Assembly (NCBI GenBank): GCA_963815195.1
Contig: CAWFGE010000005.1
Coordinates: 19,774 to 83,773, forward strand
Source: an uncultured Planctomycetaceae bacterium
Lineage (GTDB): Bacteria; Planctomycetota; Planctomycetia; Planctomycetales; Planctomycetaceae
Direction of reading: 5' to 3'
DNA: 64,000 nucleotides
In this document: piece after piece, positions 1 through 11,650 of the stretch
Layout: each line of letters begins with the position of its first letter
Position numbering within the stretch: the first letter of the stretch is position 1
Position numbers and translations under genes: made by a program
Notes under the pieces: model-generated
What the model saw: the letters and a program-made list of their open reading frames with translations, nothing else
What the model was told of the DNA's origin: nothing
The model's database searches: none

Positions 1-1579
1 GCTTTCGGCGAACCGCTGCCAGGTGCCCTCCGGCAAGGGGCACCAGCAGAGCGATTGCAGCCGGCCGGTGCGGCGTTTTTCCTGATATTCGCAGTTGAGT
101 TCCTGGAGGTTTCGGTCGGTGTGGTCGGCCAATGTCTGGCCGAGCGCGGGCGAGAGGATGTCCCGCTCCTCGCCGAGCAACTGATACCGCGGCGGCTCGT
201 CCCACACCGGACAGACCGTGAAATGCCGAAGCTGCAAGCGCATCCGCTCCAGGCCGTTTCGCACGGCCTGGACGACTTGCGATTCGGACACCTTCTCGCC
301 CGTGAGGTTCGAGATGTGCGCTCCCTTGTGCAGGAACTCCAACAGCGGCGTCGTGTGCAAGAATCCGGTGCAGCGGACCACATCGCAGATGTCGTAGCGA
401 TACAGCCCCGACGAGGTCGTCAGCAAAATGTAATAACTCCGCCCCGCTTCGAGTTCGTGGGCTTCCAAGACGGTGGGGGATTCGGTCTCGTACTCTTCGA
501 CCGGAATGAACTCGAAGAAATGGCTGCTGATGTCCAGAACGCCGTCGCTACAGTTTTCGCGGAGCGGGATCGTCATGCGGCCTTCGCTGGCGGACAGGCC
601 ATGATCGCGGATCGGCGTTTCGCCGTAGTATTTTTTGAGCGAACCCAGATACACCCCCGCGCTCCCGCCGGTCCACACCGCGACGGTCGCGAGTTCCGGC
701 CAATAATCCTTGGGGTGCAAATGCCCGGTGCGCTCCAGAATGTGTTCCAGTTCGCGGGCCCGCCGGGGGTTCTTTTTGGTGATCCGGCGGCCGAGCCCCA
801 TTTTGACCACCGGCGGGATGGGGATGTTCGTCGTCAGCGTGCCCTCGGCGATGTCGCGGATGAGGTTCGCAGCGTGGCTCTCGGCAAATTGTGCGAGCGA
901 AATCAACGTGCTGGGATTGGCCGTCGTCACCAGTGCCGCCGACCGCTCGGCGAGAGCCAGGCGGAGCGTCGTGTACTGCTTGCTTTCCGCGTCGGGAATC
1001 TTCGCGACCAGCGCGGGCACGGCGTACATCTGGCGGACGATCCGCTTTTGCATCGCGGCGACGAGGCCGCTGATGTTCCCGCAGGGAATCCCGCCGTCTG
1101 TGCGGAAGCGGTCGTGATCGCTGCTGAACTGCACGATCGACCGGCTGTTGATTTCCGGATGGGCGTCCAGAGTTTCGATGCCCCAAATCTGCCAGCCCCG
1201 GCGGTAGTCGTCGAGAAACTGCTGCGTGATCGGAATGAACTTCGACTGCGATGTGGTCCCGCTGCTGAGCGAGAACATGAGCAGCCGGTTTTTGGGGCCC
1301 AGAAGCGCCCCGTGCCGGCCTTGCTTGAGTTCTTCGATGACGGGCCGGAAGACTTCGTAATCGGACACGGGAAACCGCCCGCGGAAGTCGGCCACGCTTT
1401 GGACCGTGTCCAAATGGTGCTGCCTGCTGAACCCGCTCTCCGCATTGAGGGCCAAGAGCCGTTTGAGCACATCCCGCTGGGTCTCGCGGCAATCTCTCGT
1501 GGCGCGGACAAACCGCCGGGCCTGACGGCGAACCGTCGCCCGAGGCAACGCCCCCACGATTGCGCAAAGTATTCAGCAT
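1..1579 (-). CDS. GH3 (auxin-responsive promoter / acyl-acid amido synthetase) family protein, 3'-partial
   Basis: Reverse frame of the spurious 55..1581 + ORF reads ...LMFSLSSGTTSQSKFIP...GLSASEGRMTIP...FFEFIP...YYILLTTSSGLYRYDICDVVR...GEKVSE, which are GH3 motifs. It runs off the window end. The ATG at 1579 needs a 1-nt correction near 1562; the alternative is an in-frame GTG at 1557. Confidence 0.85.
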
Positions 1580-2031
1580 GACCATCGGTTTTGATCGCCC
1601 CTTGGGTGAGCCCCGGTTGCGGGGACCAGTTCTTCCATCGTCAAGGATCGCACCCGTCGCGTGGCATTTTTCGGAAATTCCGGTTAGGCGGAATGTCGAA
1701 AGTCCTCTCCCGAACTGCCAATGGGCCTTGGTGAGCGGAGGGTTCGTTCAGCGGGGATGTTGCGAAACCTCAACGCAGAAATTATGGCATCCAAATGAAT
1801 CACGGATGGGCGGAACTTGCCGAGCGTCCCGCCGCATCCGTGATTGGGGTGGCAATTGTAGGGCCAAACCCGATTAGTGCGGCTCCTCCAGGGGTCGAGC
1901 CAGAATCTTCGCACCAGGGCGTCAGCGCGAAAACGCGCGATGTCGGAAGATAGAGGATGGAAAATGCCGGCCGCGGTTCAATTCGGTATCGCTGAGACCG
2001 CATCGGACGATTCGATACGCGCTCCGAAGCA

Positions 2032-2238
2032 CTACTTCTCCTCGTCTTCCTTGGCTTTCTTTTTCTTCTTTTTGCCGACGACGGTTTTGATCACGCGGAC
2101 CTTGGGCAGCCCGAGCGGACTTTGGCCGTCTTCCCAGCGGTCCTGGGCTTTCAGCTGCAAAATGCGTTCTTCCCGCTTCAAAACGTTTCGCGAACGGGAC
2201 AAGCGGCCTTTGCGGCGTAAACTTTTGTCGATGGTCAT
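2032..2238 (-). CDS. PVC-superphylum small basic protein (Chlamydiae/Verrucomicrobia/Planctomycetes signature protein)
   Basis: [30 protein letters not shown]...W...[10 protein letters not shown] followed by a poly-Lys tail. Confidence 0.9.
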   Translation of the reverse strand: MTIDKSLRRKGRLSRSRNVLKREERILQLKAQDRWEDGQSPLGLPKVRVIKTVVGKKKKKKAKEDEEK

Positions 2239-2400
2239 TGGAGATTCCTGGAAAACCAACCGGGAGATTGGGCGATTATTTGAGAAGCCCGAATTGTAGG
2301 AGGTAAGCCCGAGCCTTGCAACCAGACGCATGGTATTTCCGTCCGTCGTATTCTATGCTCAATTTTCGCCCCTGTGTGACCTTCTGAAGCGAGGCCGACG

Positions 2401-3318
2401 ATGTCCGGCGAGTTTGAATTCATCGAATGGATCCGTTCCCAAGCCGCGGCCTATCCGCGGGTGCCCTTGGGCATCGGCGACGATGCGGCGATCCTCCGCT
2501 TTCCAGAGCCCGCGGATTGTCTGGTGGCGGTCGATACCTTGATGGAGGGCGTGCATTTCAATTACCCCGAAATGTCGGCGGCGCAAATCGGGCGGAAAGC
2601 CCTCGCGGTCAATCTTAGCGACATCGCGGCGATGGCGGGAAAACCGTTGGCGGCCGTCGTGGGGATTGTTTTCAACCGCGGAGAGGGCCAGCACTTCGCC
2701 CGCGAACTCCAAAAGGGAATGCTCGACCTCGCGGAGACAGTTGACGTCGCGCTCATCGGCGGCGACACGAACACCTGGGACGGCCCCTGCGTGGTCAGCG
2801 TCACCGTGCTCGGCGAAGCCACCGGCCGGGGCGCGGTCCGCCGGAGCGGGGCGCAGGTCGGTGATTGGATCCTGGCGACGGGCGGTTTCGGCGGCAGCCT
2901 GGGCAAAAAACATTTCGCGTTTACGCCCCGTGTGAAAGAAGCCCTGGCGATTCATGAAGCCGCCCAACTGCACGCAATGATCGATGTCAGCGACGGCCTC
3001 GCGGCGGATCTCTATCACATCCTGGACGAGAGCCAGGTCGGGGCCTCTTTGCAGGCTGATCACATACCGATCAGCCGAGAGGCTTATGACATAACGGATG
3101 AGCGTTCGCCTTTGGAACATGCCTTGGGCGACGGGGAGGATTTTGAGCTGCTCTTTACCGTCTCGCCCGAAGACGGAGATCGGCTGCTCAAAAATCCGCC
3201 GGTGGCGGTGCCGATTTCCAAAATCGGCGTGATCGTTCCCGCAGGGACGTATGAACTCATCGATGAAACCGGCAAAACGAAACCGCTGGAACGCTCGGGT
3301 TGGGTGCATGGGTTTTGA
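2401..3318 (+). CDS. thiL: Thiamine-monophosphate kinase
   Basis: GIGDDAA, VNLSDIAAM, IGGDT, IDVSDGL, GEDFELLFT and C-terminal GWVHGF motifs. Confidence 0.95.
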   Translation: MSGEFEFIEWIRSQAAAYPRVPLGIGDDAAILRFPEPADCLVAVDTLMEGVHFNYPEMSAAQIGRKALAVNLSDIAAMAGKPLAAVVGIVFNRGEGQHFARELQKGMLDLAETVDVALIGGDTNTWDGPCVVSVTVLGEATGRGAVRRSGAQVGDWILATGGFGGSLGKKHFAFTPRVKEALAIHEAAQLHAMIDVSDGLAADLYHILDESQVGASLQADHIPISREAYDITDERSPLEHALGDGEDFELLFTVSPEDGDRLLKNPPVAVPISKIGVIVPAGTYELIDETGKTKPLERSGWVHGF

Positions 3319-3329
3319 TGCGAAGCCCA

Positions 3330-3391
3330 AGGAGCCGCGCACGAAGTAAGCGGTCGCCCCTTTTCGACCGCTTACTTCGTGCGCGGCTCCT
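3330..3391. repeat. REP-like perfect inverted repeat (family A, GAGCCGCGCACGAAGTAAGCGG); possible bidirectional terminator between convergent thiL and rpoN
   Basis: 27-bp perfect arms with an 8-nt loop; the same arm sequence recurs at 36442-36511. Confidence 0.85.
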
Positions 3392-3416
3392 ATTCATAGC
3401 GTGACGGGACAGCCGC

Positions 3417-4906
<1,490 letters not shown>

Positions 4907-5060
4907 ATTGGGTTCTCTTTATGAGAACAAATCCGATCGCCGGCGGTTTTCATCAGGCAGTGCCTGACACGAACGCGAAGCGTCAGAAAAGGGTAAAACA
5001 GGCGAAGAGCCGAACCGATCGTCTGGCTCTTTGCACTCCGCTCTTGGCTCTCCGCTTTCA

Positions 5061-5687
5061 TCAAAATTGCTGACGCCCGCGGAGGGCGTCCGCGAGCATT
5101 TCCTTATTGGCAAACTCTAGCACGCTCCCCGAGGCGATGCCGCGGGCGAGCCGGGTGATTTGAACATCTTCGTTTTCGAGGAGGTTCGAGATATACAGGG
5201 CCGTCCCGTCGCCTTCGAGCGTGGGATTGGTGGCCATGATGATTTCCTTGACCCCGTCGTGACGGACCCGGCGGATAAGTTGGTTGAGCGTCAAATCCTC
5301 CGGCCCCACGCCTTCCAGCGGAGAAATCCGCCCGCCTAGAACGTGATACACTCCCTGATAAACCCCCGCCGCCTCCAGCGAGACCACATCGCGGGGCTGC
5401 TCGACGACGCAGACGACTTCTTTATTCCGCTGCGGATTCCGGCAGATCGAGCAGACATCGTTTTCGGTCAAATTGAAACAAATCGAGCACGGCCGGACCG
5501 ATGTTTTGACCTGGCGGATCGCCGACGCCAATTCCTCGGCTTCCGCTTCGCTCGATCTCAGGATGTGATGCGCCAGCCGCTCCGCCGACTTTTGCCCGAT
5601 CCCCGGCAGCTTGGCTAATTCCTCGATCAGATGGCTCATGGCGCGGCCGAAGGGATGCGGATTGGCAGGACGGGAGGAAGCGGTCAT
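5061..5687 (-). CDS. recR: Recombination mediator RecR
   Basis: [14 protein letters not shown]4 zinc finger CSICFN..CSIC, Toprim [12 protein letters not shown]; downstream of dnaX-ybaB. Confidence 0.95.
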   Translation of the reverse strand: MTASSRPANPHPFGRAMSHLIEELAKLPGIGQKSAERLAHHILRSSEAEAEELASAIRQVKTSVRPCSICFNLTENDVCSICRNPQRNKEVVCVVEQPRDVVSLEAAGVYQGVYHVLGGRISPLEGVGPEDLTLNQLIRRVRHDGVKEIIMATNPTLEGDGTALYISNLLENEDVQITRLARGIASGSVLEFANKEMLADALRGRQQF

Positions 5688-5754
5688 ATTCGCGAGGACT
5701 TCGTCGGTGTGAGTTTCAACAGGATTGATAAGGAAACGGCGGTCTGCCAATGAC

Positions 5755-6144
5755 TTACGGCGTCTCGTCGTCGTCCGGCGACTGCACGCCGAACTTGGAC
5801 ATCATTTCGCTCATGCCGGGCATGTTCCCGGTGAGCTTGGTCATTTCCTCGCCGGCGGCGGCTTTGGATTTTTCCAAGGCCTGGTTGACCGCGGCCACGA
5901 GAAGATCCTCGAGCATTTCCTTGTCGCCGTCGGCCAGCAGGGACGAATCGACGTTCACGCCGATGATTTTCTGCTGCCCGGTCGCCGTGGCGGTCACCAA
6001 GCCCCCGCCCGCGGTGCCTTCGACGTGCAGCTTGCTCAGCCGCTCTTGGACCTCCGCCATTCGGCCCTGCATTTCCTGGGCCTGCCGCATGATTTCCGGG
6101 GCTTGCTTGAGAAGCGACGCAATGTCGCCGAATTTGCCAAACAT
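5755..6144 (-). CDS. ybaB: YbaB/EbfC nucleoid-associated protein
   Basis: [24 protein letters not shown]; conserved dnaX-ybaB-recR order. Confidence 0.92.
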   Translation of the reverse strand: MFGKFGDIASLLKQAPEIMRQAQEMQGRMAEVQERLSKLHVEGTAGGGLVTATATGQQKIIGVNVDSSLLADGDKEMLEDLLVAAVNQALEKSKAAAGEEMTKLTGNMPGMSEMMSKFGVQSPDDDETP

Positions 6145-6162
6145 AATCGATTGACCCTTGTG

Positions 6163-7965
6163 TTATTCCGTTAAATCGACTTCGCCCGCTTCCTCGCGCG
6201 GCGCGGCGGCGGGTTTTATGAGGGACTCCACGTTCACCAGCGAGGCCCCAAACACTTCCATCACCCGGTTGACGAAAGGATGATCTTCCGGACTGGGCGA
6301 GGCGATGTTCCGTTGTTTCGGGCGATCCGATGGTGGCGGGGATGTTTTCGGTTCTTCGGGCAAAAAGCTGATCGAAATCTCAACCGGCCGGCCCGCGATT
6401 TGCGAAAGCACCCGCTTGAGTTGATCGCGGTTTTCCGGCTTCTCACAAATCCTCTTGGAGAAATCATAGCCTTTTGAGAACCGTAAATCCAGACGATTTG
6501 GCCCGGAAATTGCTATTGCACCCAAGGTTTTTACGTGGGTTTTGAGCCTATCTCCAATAGAATCAATAAGTTGCGGCAAAAGATTCTTCTGGAGATCTTC
6601 GGGAGATTTGCTCAAATCTTGGACAGATCCGCCGGAATCGGCGTGGGATGGCAGTGATTGTTCAGCGTTTTCGTTTTTTTTTTCGGGTGCCGGAGATTCT
6701 GACGGCGCGGTTTTTGCTTCCTGGGAGGCCGGGGTTTTGCGGACCGGGGCTGGGGCGGATTCGGGGACCCCGGCCGGGAGATTGGCGGAGCCGGCGACGG
6801 GCAGCGTCAGTTTTCCGTTGGTCCCCGTGAGGGCTTTGATGACCTGCTGCAGTTCTTCCAGGTTTTCCAAGAGTGAAATCCGCACGAGCGCCATTTCCGC
6901 CAGGACCCGGCCGTAGGTCACGCGGGCCATTTGGCTGCGGGTTTCGGAAAGAATCTGCAGAGCCGCCATCACGGTGCTCAATCCCCACCGCCGGGCGTGC
7001 TCGGCTACCGCGTCGCGGTGATCGCCCGAGACGCTGCTGAAGTTCACGCCTTCCGCGCCGACCGCGATCACCATCACATCCCGCAGGTAGCGCAAAACCT
7101 GGTCGACCAACTCCCCCAACTGCACGCCTTCCGCGAGCGATTCGTCGAGTTGTTTGAGGGCGAAATCGCTTCGCCGATCGATCAAGGCGCCCACAAGACC
7201 AATCAGCCGATCGTCGCTGGCGGTGCCCAACAGCCGGTGCACATCGTCCGCGGTGATTTTTCCATCGGAAAACGCGAGCAGTTGATCGAACAGCGATTGG
7301 CTGTCCCGCATCGAGCCGTCGGCCCGGCGGGCGACGAGTTCGAGCGCCTCGCTCGAAACTTCAAAGCCTTCCGTTTTGGCGATTTCCGCGAGCCGGGCCA
7401 TGATGTTCGCGGTCTCGATCGTGGCAAAATCGAACCGCTGGCAGCGGGAGAGAATCGTATCCAAGAGCTTATGCGGCTCGGTCGTGCAGAACACGAACTT
7501 GACGTTCGGCGGCGGTTCCTCCAATGTTTTCAGAAGTGCATTGAATGCGTCCGTGGTCAGCATGTGGACTTCGTCGATGATGTAAATCTTCTGCTTGGCC
7601 CGCATGGGTTTGACGTTGACGTTGGCCCGCAGCGAGCGGATGTCGTCGATCCCGCGGTTGGAGGCCCCATCGATTTCCAGCACGTCCACATCGTGCCCGG
7701 CCGAGATGCTTTGGCAAATGTCGCATTCGTTGCAGGGCACGCCATCTTTGACGTAGGGACAGTTGAGGGCCTTCGCAAGAATCCGGGCCATCGAGGTTTT
7801 GCCCACGCCCCGGGCCCCGGTGAAGAGGTAGGCGTGCGCCACCCGCCCGTGGCGGATCGCGTTTTGCAGAGCCTGAGCCACCGGCTGCTGGCCGATGACT
7901 TCATCAAACGCCTGCGGCCGAAACCGCCGGGCTAAAACGGTGTAATGGGCATTCAGTTCGGGCAT
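6163..7965 (-). CDS. dnaX: DNA polymerase III subunit tau/gamma
   Basis: LARRFRPQ, Walker A GARGVGKT, IIDEVHML, SRC motif; acidic/Pro linker with an A10 run at 6674-6683. Confidence 0.96.
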   Translation of the reverse strand: MPELNAHYTVLARRFRPQAFDEVIGQQPVAQALQNAIRHGRVAHAYLFTGARGVGKTSMARILAKALNCPYVKDGVPCNECDICQSISAGHDVDVLEIDGASNRGIDDIRSLRANVNVKPMRAKQKIYIIDEVHMLTTDAFNALLKTLEEPPPNVKFVFCTTEPHKLLDTILSRCQRFDFATIETANIMARLAEIAKTEGFEVSSEALELVARRADGSMRDSQSLFDQLLAFSDGKITADDVHRLLGTASDDRLIGLVGALIDRRSDFALKQLDESLAEGVQLGELVDQVLRYLRDVMVIAVGAEGVNFSSVSGDHRDAVAEHARRWGLSTVMAALQILSETRSQMARVTYGRVLAEMALVRISLLENLEELQQVIKALTGTNGKLTLPVAGSANLPAGVPESAPAPVRKTPASQEAKTAPSESPAPEKKNENAEQSLPSHADSGGSVQDLSKSPEDLQKNLLPQLIDSIGDRLKTHVKTLGAIAISGPNRLDLRFSKGYDFSKRICEKPENRDQLKRVLSQIAGRPVEISISFLPEEPKTSPPPSDRPKQRNIASPSPEDHPFVNRVMEVFGASLVNVESLIKPAAAPREEAGEVDLTE

Positions 7966-8162
7966 CGAAGAATTCTTCCGCAGTGGCATACCATCAGCAG
8001 GGGACAGCGAGACTTCGCCGCCCATCATATCAACTCGGGAAGTGAGCGTTTAGCCGCCTGGCAGGATTTCTGGCGGAAAGAGGATGTGATGAAGAAGAGA
8101 ACCCGGCGAACCCAGGAAGATTGCCGATTCTGGGGCCAGCGAATCGACCCGGCCCGGGAAAG

Positions 8163-8282
8163 TGGAGAGTGGGACGCCACCCCCGCAGGCACCTGAGAGC
8201 GCGATGCGAGAGCTGCTCCGGTTAAGGCCTGACTCGGTTGACACGGCCCCCACCGCCATTGGAGGTGGCGTCTCACTCTCCA
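8163..8282 (-). ncRNA. ffs: Signal recognition particle RNA (4.5S)
   Basis: Long terminal helix (GGAGAGUGAGACGCCACC...GGUGGCGUCCCACUCUCC) enclosing the helix-8 motif GUCAGG-CC-UUAACC-GG-AGCAGC; directly upstream of dnaX as is usual for ffs. Confidence 0.85.
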
Positions 8283-8536
8283 CGAATAGACTGGATTCCT
8301 CAGCCGAAATGCGAGGATGAATCTTAGGGGAACGGGATGACCGCGGTCAAGGGCTTGCACGCCAACTCGGGCTTTGGTGCGGATGTTTAGAGAAGTCGCT
8401 ACCCTCGTGGGGTGAAAACGTCGTTTCGCAATGCCGACGAATCCAGGAAGCGGCTCGCCGCACAGGGGGCAAGTCTTTCGGGTCTCCCATTCCAATGGCC
8501 GCACATGGGGCAAATCGCCATGTGGAGGCCCTCCCG

Positions 8537-9655
8537 TCAAGACTTGTCCGCCGGTCCGCATTGCGATTGCCACCTGAGCCAGTGGTCGGCGAGGGTGATG
8601 GCGATCATCGCTTCGGCCATCGGGATGAAGCGAGGCAACAGGCACGGGTCGTGGCGGCCTTTGGTTTGGATGGTCGTCGCTTCGCCGGCGCTTGTGACCG
8701 TGCGCTGCTCGATGGGCAGGCTGCTCGTGGGTTTGACGGCGGCCCTTAACACGATCGGCCGGCCGCTGGTGATGCCGCCGAGCATGCCGCCGTGCCGATT
8801 GGTGCGGGTGGTGATGTTCGGGTCGCCCGGTTCGAAGATGTCGTTGTTCTGGCTGCCCCGGAGTGCCGCGCAGCCGAAGCCGATGCCGTATTCCACGCCC
8901 ATCACCGCCGGGAGGCTGAACAGGGCCTTGGCGAAGTCGGCTTTGATCTTATCGAACACCGGCTCGCCCAAGCCGGCGGGAACACCCGTCGCCACGATCT
9001 CCGCCACGCCGCCAATGGAATCGCCCGCTTTGCGGACGTCTTCGATGAGGGCGATCATGTTTTCCGCGGCGGCCGGGTCGGGGCAGCGGATGATGTTCGG
9101 CTCGCCGGCGGGCGTCGTTTCGACTTGTTCCAGCGTCACCGATTCCGGATGAGGAATCTCCGCGCGCACGTCGCCGACTTGGACGACATAACCCACAACC
9201 TTACCGCCGAACGCGGCCGCGATGAGTTTTTTCGCGACTACGCCTGCCGCGACGCGCACCGTCGTTTCCCGGGCGCTGGATCGGCCGCCGCCGCGGTAAT
9301 CGCGCACGCCGTACTTGGCGTCGAAGGTGTAATCCGCGTGGCCGGGGCGGTATTTGTCTTTGATGTCGGTGTAATCCCGGCTGCGCTGGTCTTGGTTTCG
9401 GATCAAAATCGCCAGGCTCGTGCCGGTGGTTTTGCCCTCGAACACGCCGGAGAGAATCTCGGGCTCGTCGGCTTCCTGGCGCTGCGTGACGATTTTCGAT
9501 TGCCCGGGCCGGCGGCGGTTCAAGTCGGCGAGCAAATCCTCCGCGCACAAAGGAAGGCCCGGCGGGACCCCATCAATAATAACGACGTTCCCCGGTCCGT
9601 GGCTCTCGCCCGCGGTGGTAATTCGAAATGCTTGTCCAAAAGTGTTCCCGGCCAT
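8537..9655 (-). CDS. aroC: Chorismate synthase
   Basis: GESHG, RPGHAD, RGGGRSSARET, GRHDPC motifs. Confidence 0.97.
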   Translation of the reverse strand: MAGNTFGQAFRITTAGESHGPGNVVIIDGVPPGLPLCAEDLLADLNRRRPGQSKIVTQRQEADEPEILSGVFEGKTTGTSLAILIRNQDQRSRDYTDIKDKYRPGHADYTFDAKYGVRDYRGGGRSSARETTVRVAAGVVAKKLIAAAFGGKVVGYVVQVGDVRAEIPHPESVTLEQVETTPAGEPNIIRCPDPAAAENMIALIEDVRKAGDSIGGVAEIVATGVPAGLGEPVFDKIKADFAKALFSLPAVMGVEYGIGFGCAALRGSQNNDIFEPGDPNITTRTNRHGGMLGGITSGRPIVLRAAVKPTSSLPIEQRTVTSAGEATTIQTKGRHDPCLLPRFIPMAEAMIAITLADHWLRWQSQCGPADKS

Positions 9656-9740
9656 TTTCCAATTCTAGCAGATTTCCCCTTTGGACAAACATTTCGAAAA
9701 ATGAGTTCGGTGACTCGAGAGCCCGAACGCTGCCCGAACG

Positions 9741-10385
9741 TTATTGGTTTTGATTTTGATTCCGCCGGCCGCGCTGCGGGAATTCGAACTTGTCGCCTTT
9801 CATCTTCTCGAAGTTTTCCTTCTGAGCGGGCGTCAAGACGGCGAGAAGCGCTGTTTCCGTTTTTTCCCGGCGCTCGCGGGCCTCGGCGAAATATTTTTGG
9901 CGCTCTTCCTGCGTTGCATTTTGGAAATCGAGCCGCTCGGCCGGCTGATTGTCCGCGTCAATCTTCTTGATCTTTTCCTTTTGCGCATCGTCGAGACTCA
10001 ATTTCTTGGCGACTTCCGGCCGGGTGATCGCACTGGCTCCTTCGCGCTGCAGGCGCAACTCGGCGAGCCGTTTTTGCTGTTGTTCCGTCAGCACGCTCTT
10101 GACGGTTTCAGCCGTCTTCTTGGCCAATTCCTCAATCCGCTTTTGCCGCTCTTCCTGGCTGAGATTCTGAAAGCTGCCCCGATCGGGACGCAGAGCCACC
10201 AGTTTCTCTTTTTGTTCGCTCGTCAGGTCCAATTCCTTCTGCACGGCCTCCATCTGCAAGAGCGCCGCATCGCCGCCGCGGCCAAACCCAAAACCCCGTC
10301 CTCCGCGCTGGCGCTGAGCCAGCGCCGTCGAACTGAACGAACTTAGCACCACCGCCGCCGCCATCGTTACGCAGAACCATTTCAT
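9741..10385 (-). CDS. Secreted helical protein, Spy/CpxP-like repeats
   Basis: Signal peptide MKWFCVTMAAAVVLSSFSSTALA; repeated LTxEQ motifs; ends KGDKFEFP, as in a common planctomycete family. Confidence 0.7.
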   Translation of the reverse strand: MKWFCVTMAAAVVLSSFSSTALAQRQRGGRGFGFGRGGDAALLQMEAVQKELDLTSEQKEKLVALRPDRGSFQNLSQEERQKRIEELAKKTAETVKSVLTEQQQKRLAELRLQREGASAITRPEVAKKLSLDDAQKEKIKKIDADNQPAERLDFQNATQEERQKYFAEARERREKTETALLAVLTPAQKENFEKMKGDKFEFPQRGRRNQNQNQ

Positions 10386-10597
10386 CAGCCGTCCCCTTTT
10401 TTGCGTGGACCCATTCGTTGCGAGCGCCGCACGACCATCGCGCGCCGTTATTGCCGGATTGAGCGGAATCGAAGCATCCGCCAGAATAACGCGCGGCGGG
10501 GGTGGGGTAAAGCACGCGGAAAGAAACGCCTTGAGCATGAGGCGGGCGGGAAGAACTCGCGACGACGAGCGGCCGATTCGGGCGCGAGAGAAGCAAG

Positions 10598-10685
10598 CGG
10601 AAGGCATGGGATTCGAACCCACATCTCCGATGTCGGAGGCACGCATTAGCAGTGCGGCCCGGCCAACCCTATCCGGCTACCTTCC
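10598..10685 (-). tRNA. tRNA-Ser(GCT)
   Basis: GGAAGGU acceptor, anticodon loop CU-GCU-AA, long variable arm, GGUUCGAAUCC; no CCA encoded. Confidence 0.85.
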
Positions 10686-10698
10686 AGTCTGTTTTCAA

Positions 10699-10774
10699 TC
10701 ACCGAGGCGGGATTCGAACCCACAAAAATCCCAGGTTCTCGGCCTCTTCGCGTTTCCAGTTTGCGTCCCCGGTC
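10699..10774 (-). tRNA. tRNA-Leu(GAG), degenerate
   Basis: T arm GGGUUCGAAUCCC, loop CC-GAG-AA (C33), weak anticodon stem, G1.G72 mismatch. Confidence 0.6.
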
Positions 10775-10785
10775 AGAAGAAAAAG

Positions 10786-10854
10786 TAGCGGGTCCAGGGG
10801 TTGCACCCGGCGGGTGTGGCTTATGAGACCTCACTGAGCACTGGCTCACCCGCG
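10786..10854 (-). tRNA. tRNA-Met(CAT), atypical
   Basis: GCGGGU/ACCCGC acceptor with C1.U72, short D arm GAGC-CAGU-GCUC, loop CU-CAU-AA, T loop UGCAA. Confidence 0.65.
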
Positions 10855-10931
10855 TCAAGTTTTTGAGTTTGCGCGTTTCGGCTTCACACGCTGAGAGGCT
10901 CTGTCAGAGCAAAAATTTGGGTTGAAAAAAT

Positions 10932-10993
10932 TAGCCGCAGGGGGGGCACCGCCCGCAGGGGGGCACCGCCCGCAGGGTGGTCCGCCCCGGTTT
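10932..10993. repeat. REP-like element (resembles family B) with internal tandem duplication, in a tRNA spacer
   Basis: TAGCCGCAGGG...GCCCCGGTT ends match 23645-23670; the unit CCGCAGGGGGG(G)CACCGC is repeated about 2.5 times. Confidence 0.55.
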
Positions 10994-11084
10994 TCCTTGG
11001 GTTAGAGCGAGTCCGACCGAAAAGGTTCGCGCTCGCGCTTCGATTTCGTGGCGTGGAACGCTTGAGCCCTTTTCAACAATCGAG

Positions 11085-11165
11085 TGACCAAGGGGAGAGT
11101 TGAACTCCCACGCCCGAAGGCACGGCGTTCTGAGCGCCGCGTGTCTGCCATTCCACCACTTGGCC
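11085..11165 (-). tRNA. tRNA-Leu(CAG)
   Basis: GGCCAAG acceptor, GGUGGAAUGGCAGACAC D arm, loop CU-CAG-AA, variable arm GCC-UUCG-GGC. Confidence 0.9.
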
Positions 11166-11173
11166 GAGAATAA

Positions 11174-11245
11174 TGACCCGTATGGGAATCGAACCCATGC
11201 CGCGAGATTGAGGGCCTCGCATCCTAGCCGCTAGAAGAACGGGCC
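11174..11245 (-). tRNA. tRNA-Glu(CTC)
   Basis: GGCCCGU/ACGGGUC acceptor, Glu-type D arm UUCUAGCGGCUAGGA, loop CC-CUC-AA. Confidence 0.85.
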
Positions 11246-11285
11246 GAGTTGTTATCAGGATCAGCAATGACGGAGCGACGCGGAG

Positions 11286-11360
11286 TTGCGGGGGCAGGAA
11301 TCGAACCTGCGGACGCGTGGTTCAAAGCCACGTATTTCTACCAGCAGAAACTACCCCGCA
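11286..11360 (-). tRNA. tRNA-Gln(TTG)
   Basis: U1-A72 acceptor UGCGGGG, stem CGUGG/CCACG, loop CU-UUG-AA, GGUUCGAUUCC. Confidence 0.88.
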
Positions 11361-11403
11361 TTCTGACTTCACACGCTGCTCGATTCGGCACGCCAATTTA
11401 TTG

Positions 11404-11503
11404 AAATCCGAAGCACGAAATCCGAAATCTCAAACAAATTGGGATTTGAAGATTTCCGAACATTGGAATTTGTTTCGGATTTTGGGATTCGGATTTCGGA
11501 TTT
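11404..11503. repeat. Inverted repeat of AAATCCG heptamers (family F) in a tRNA spacer
   Basis: AAATCCGAAGCACGAAATCCGAAATCTCAAACAAAT ... ATTTGTTTCGGATTTTGGGATTCGGATTTCGGATTT; a single arm recurs at 52536-52557. Confidence 0.75.
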
Positions 11504-11547
11504 TGCCGCACGGTGTTCGATGGACGAATTCACGCCCGGTTTATGAG

Positions 11548-11619
11548 AGGGACGGGCGGGACTCGAACCCGTGCGCTGGTGCTTAACAGGCACCCGCTCT
11601 GCCGCTAAGCTACCGACCC
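11548..11619 (-). tRNA. tRNA-Asn(GTT)
   Basis: GGGUCGG acceptor (one U.U mismatch), stem GGUGC/GCACC, loop CU-GUU-AA. Confidence 0.85.
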
Positions 11620-11650
11620 AAACAATTAAACTGTAAGTCGACAGTGGAGG

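Noticed and set aside
55..1581. 508-aa plus-strand ORF and other long antisense ORFs (e.g. 34563..36170, 23720..25102, 61438..62919)
   Set aside because: They are shadows of real opposite-strand genes in high-GC DNA and carry no recognisable motifs.
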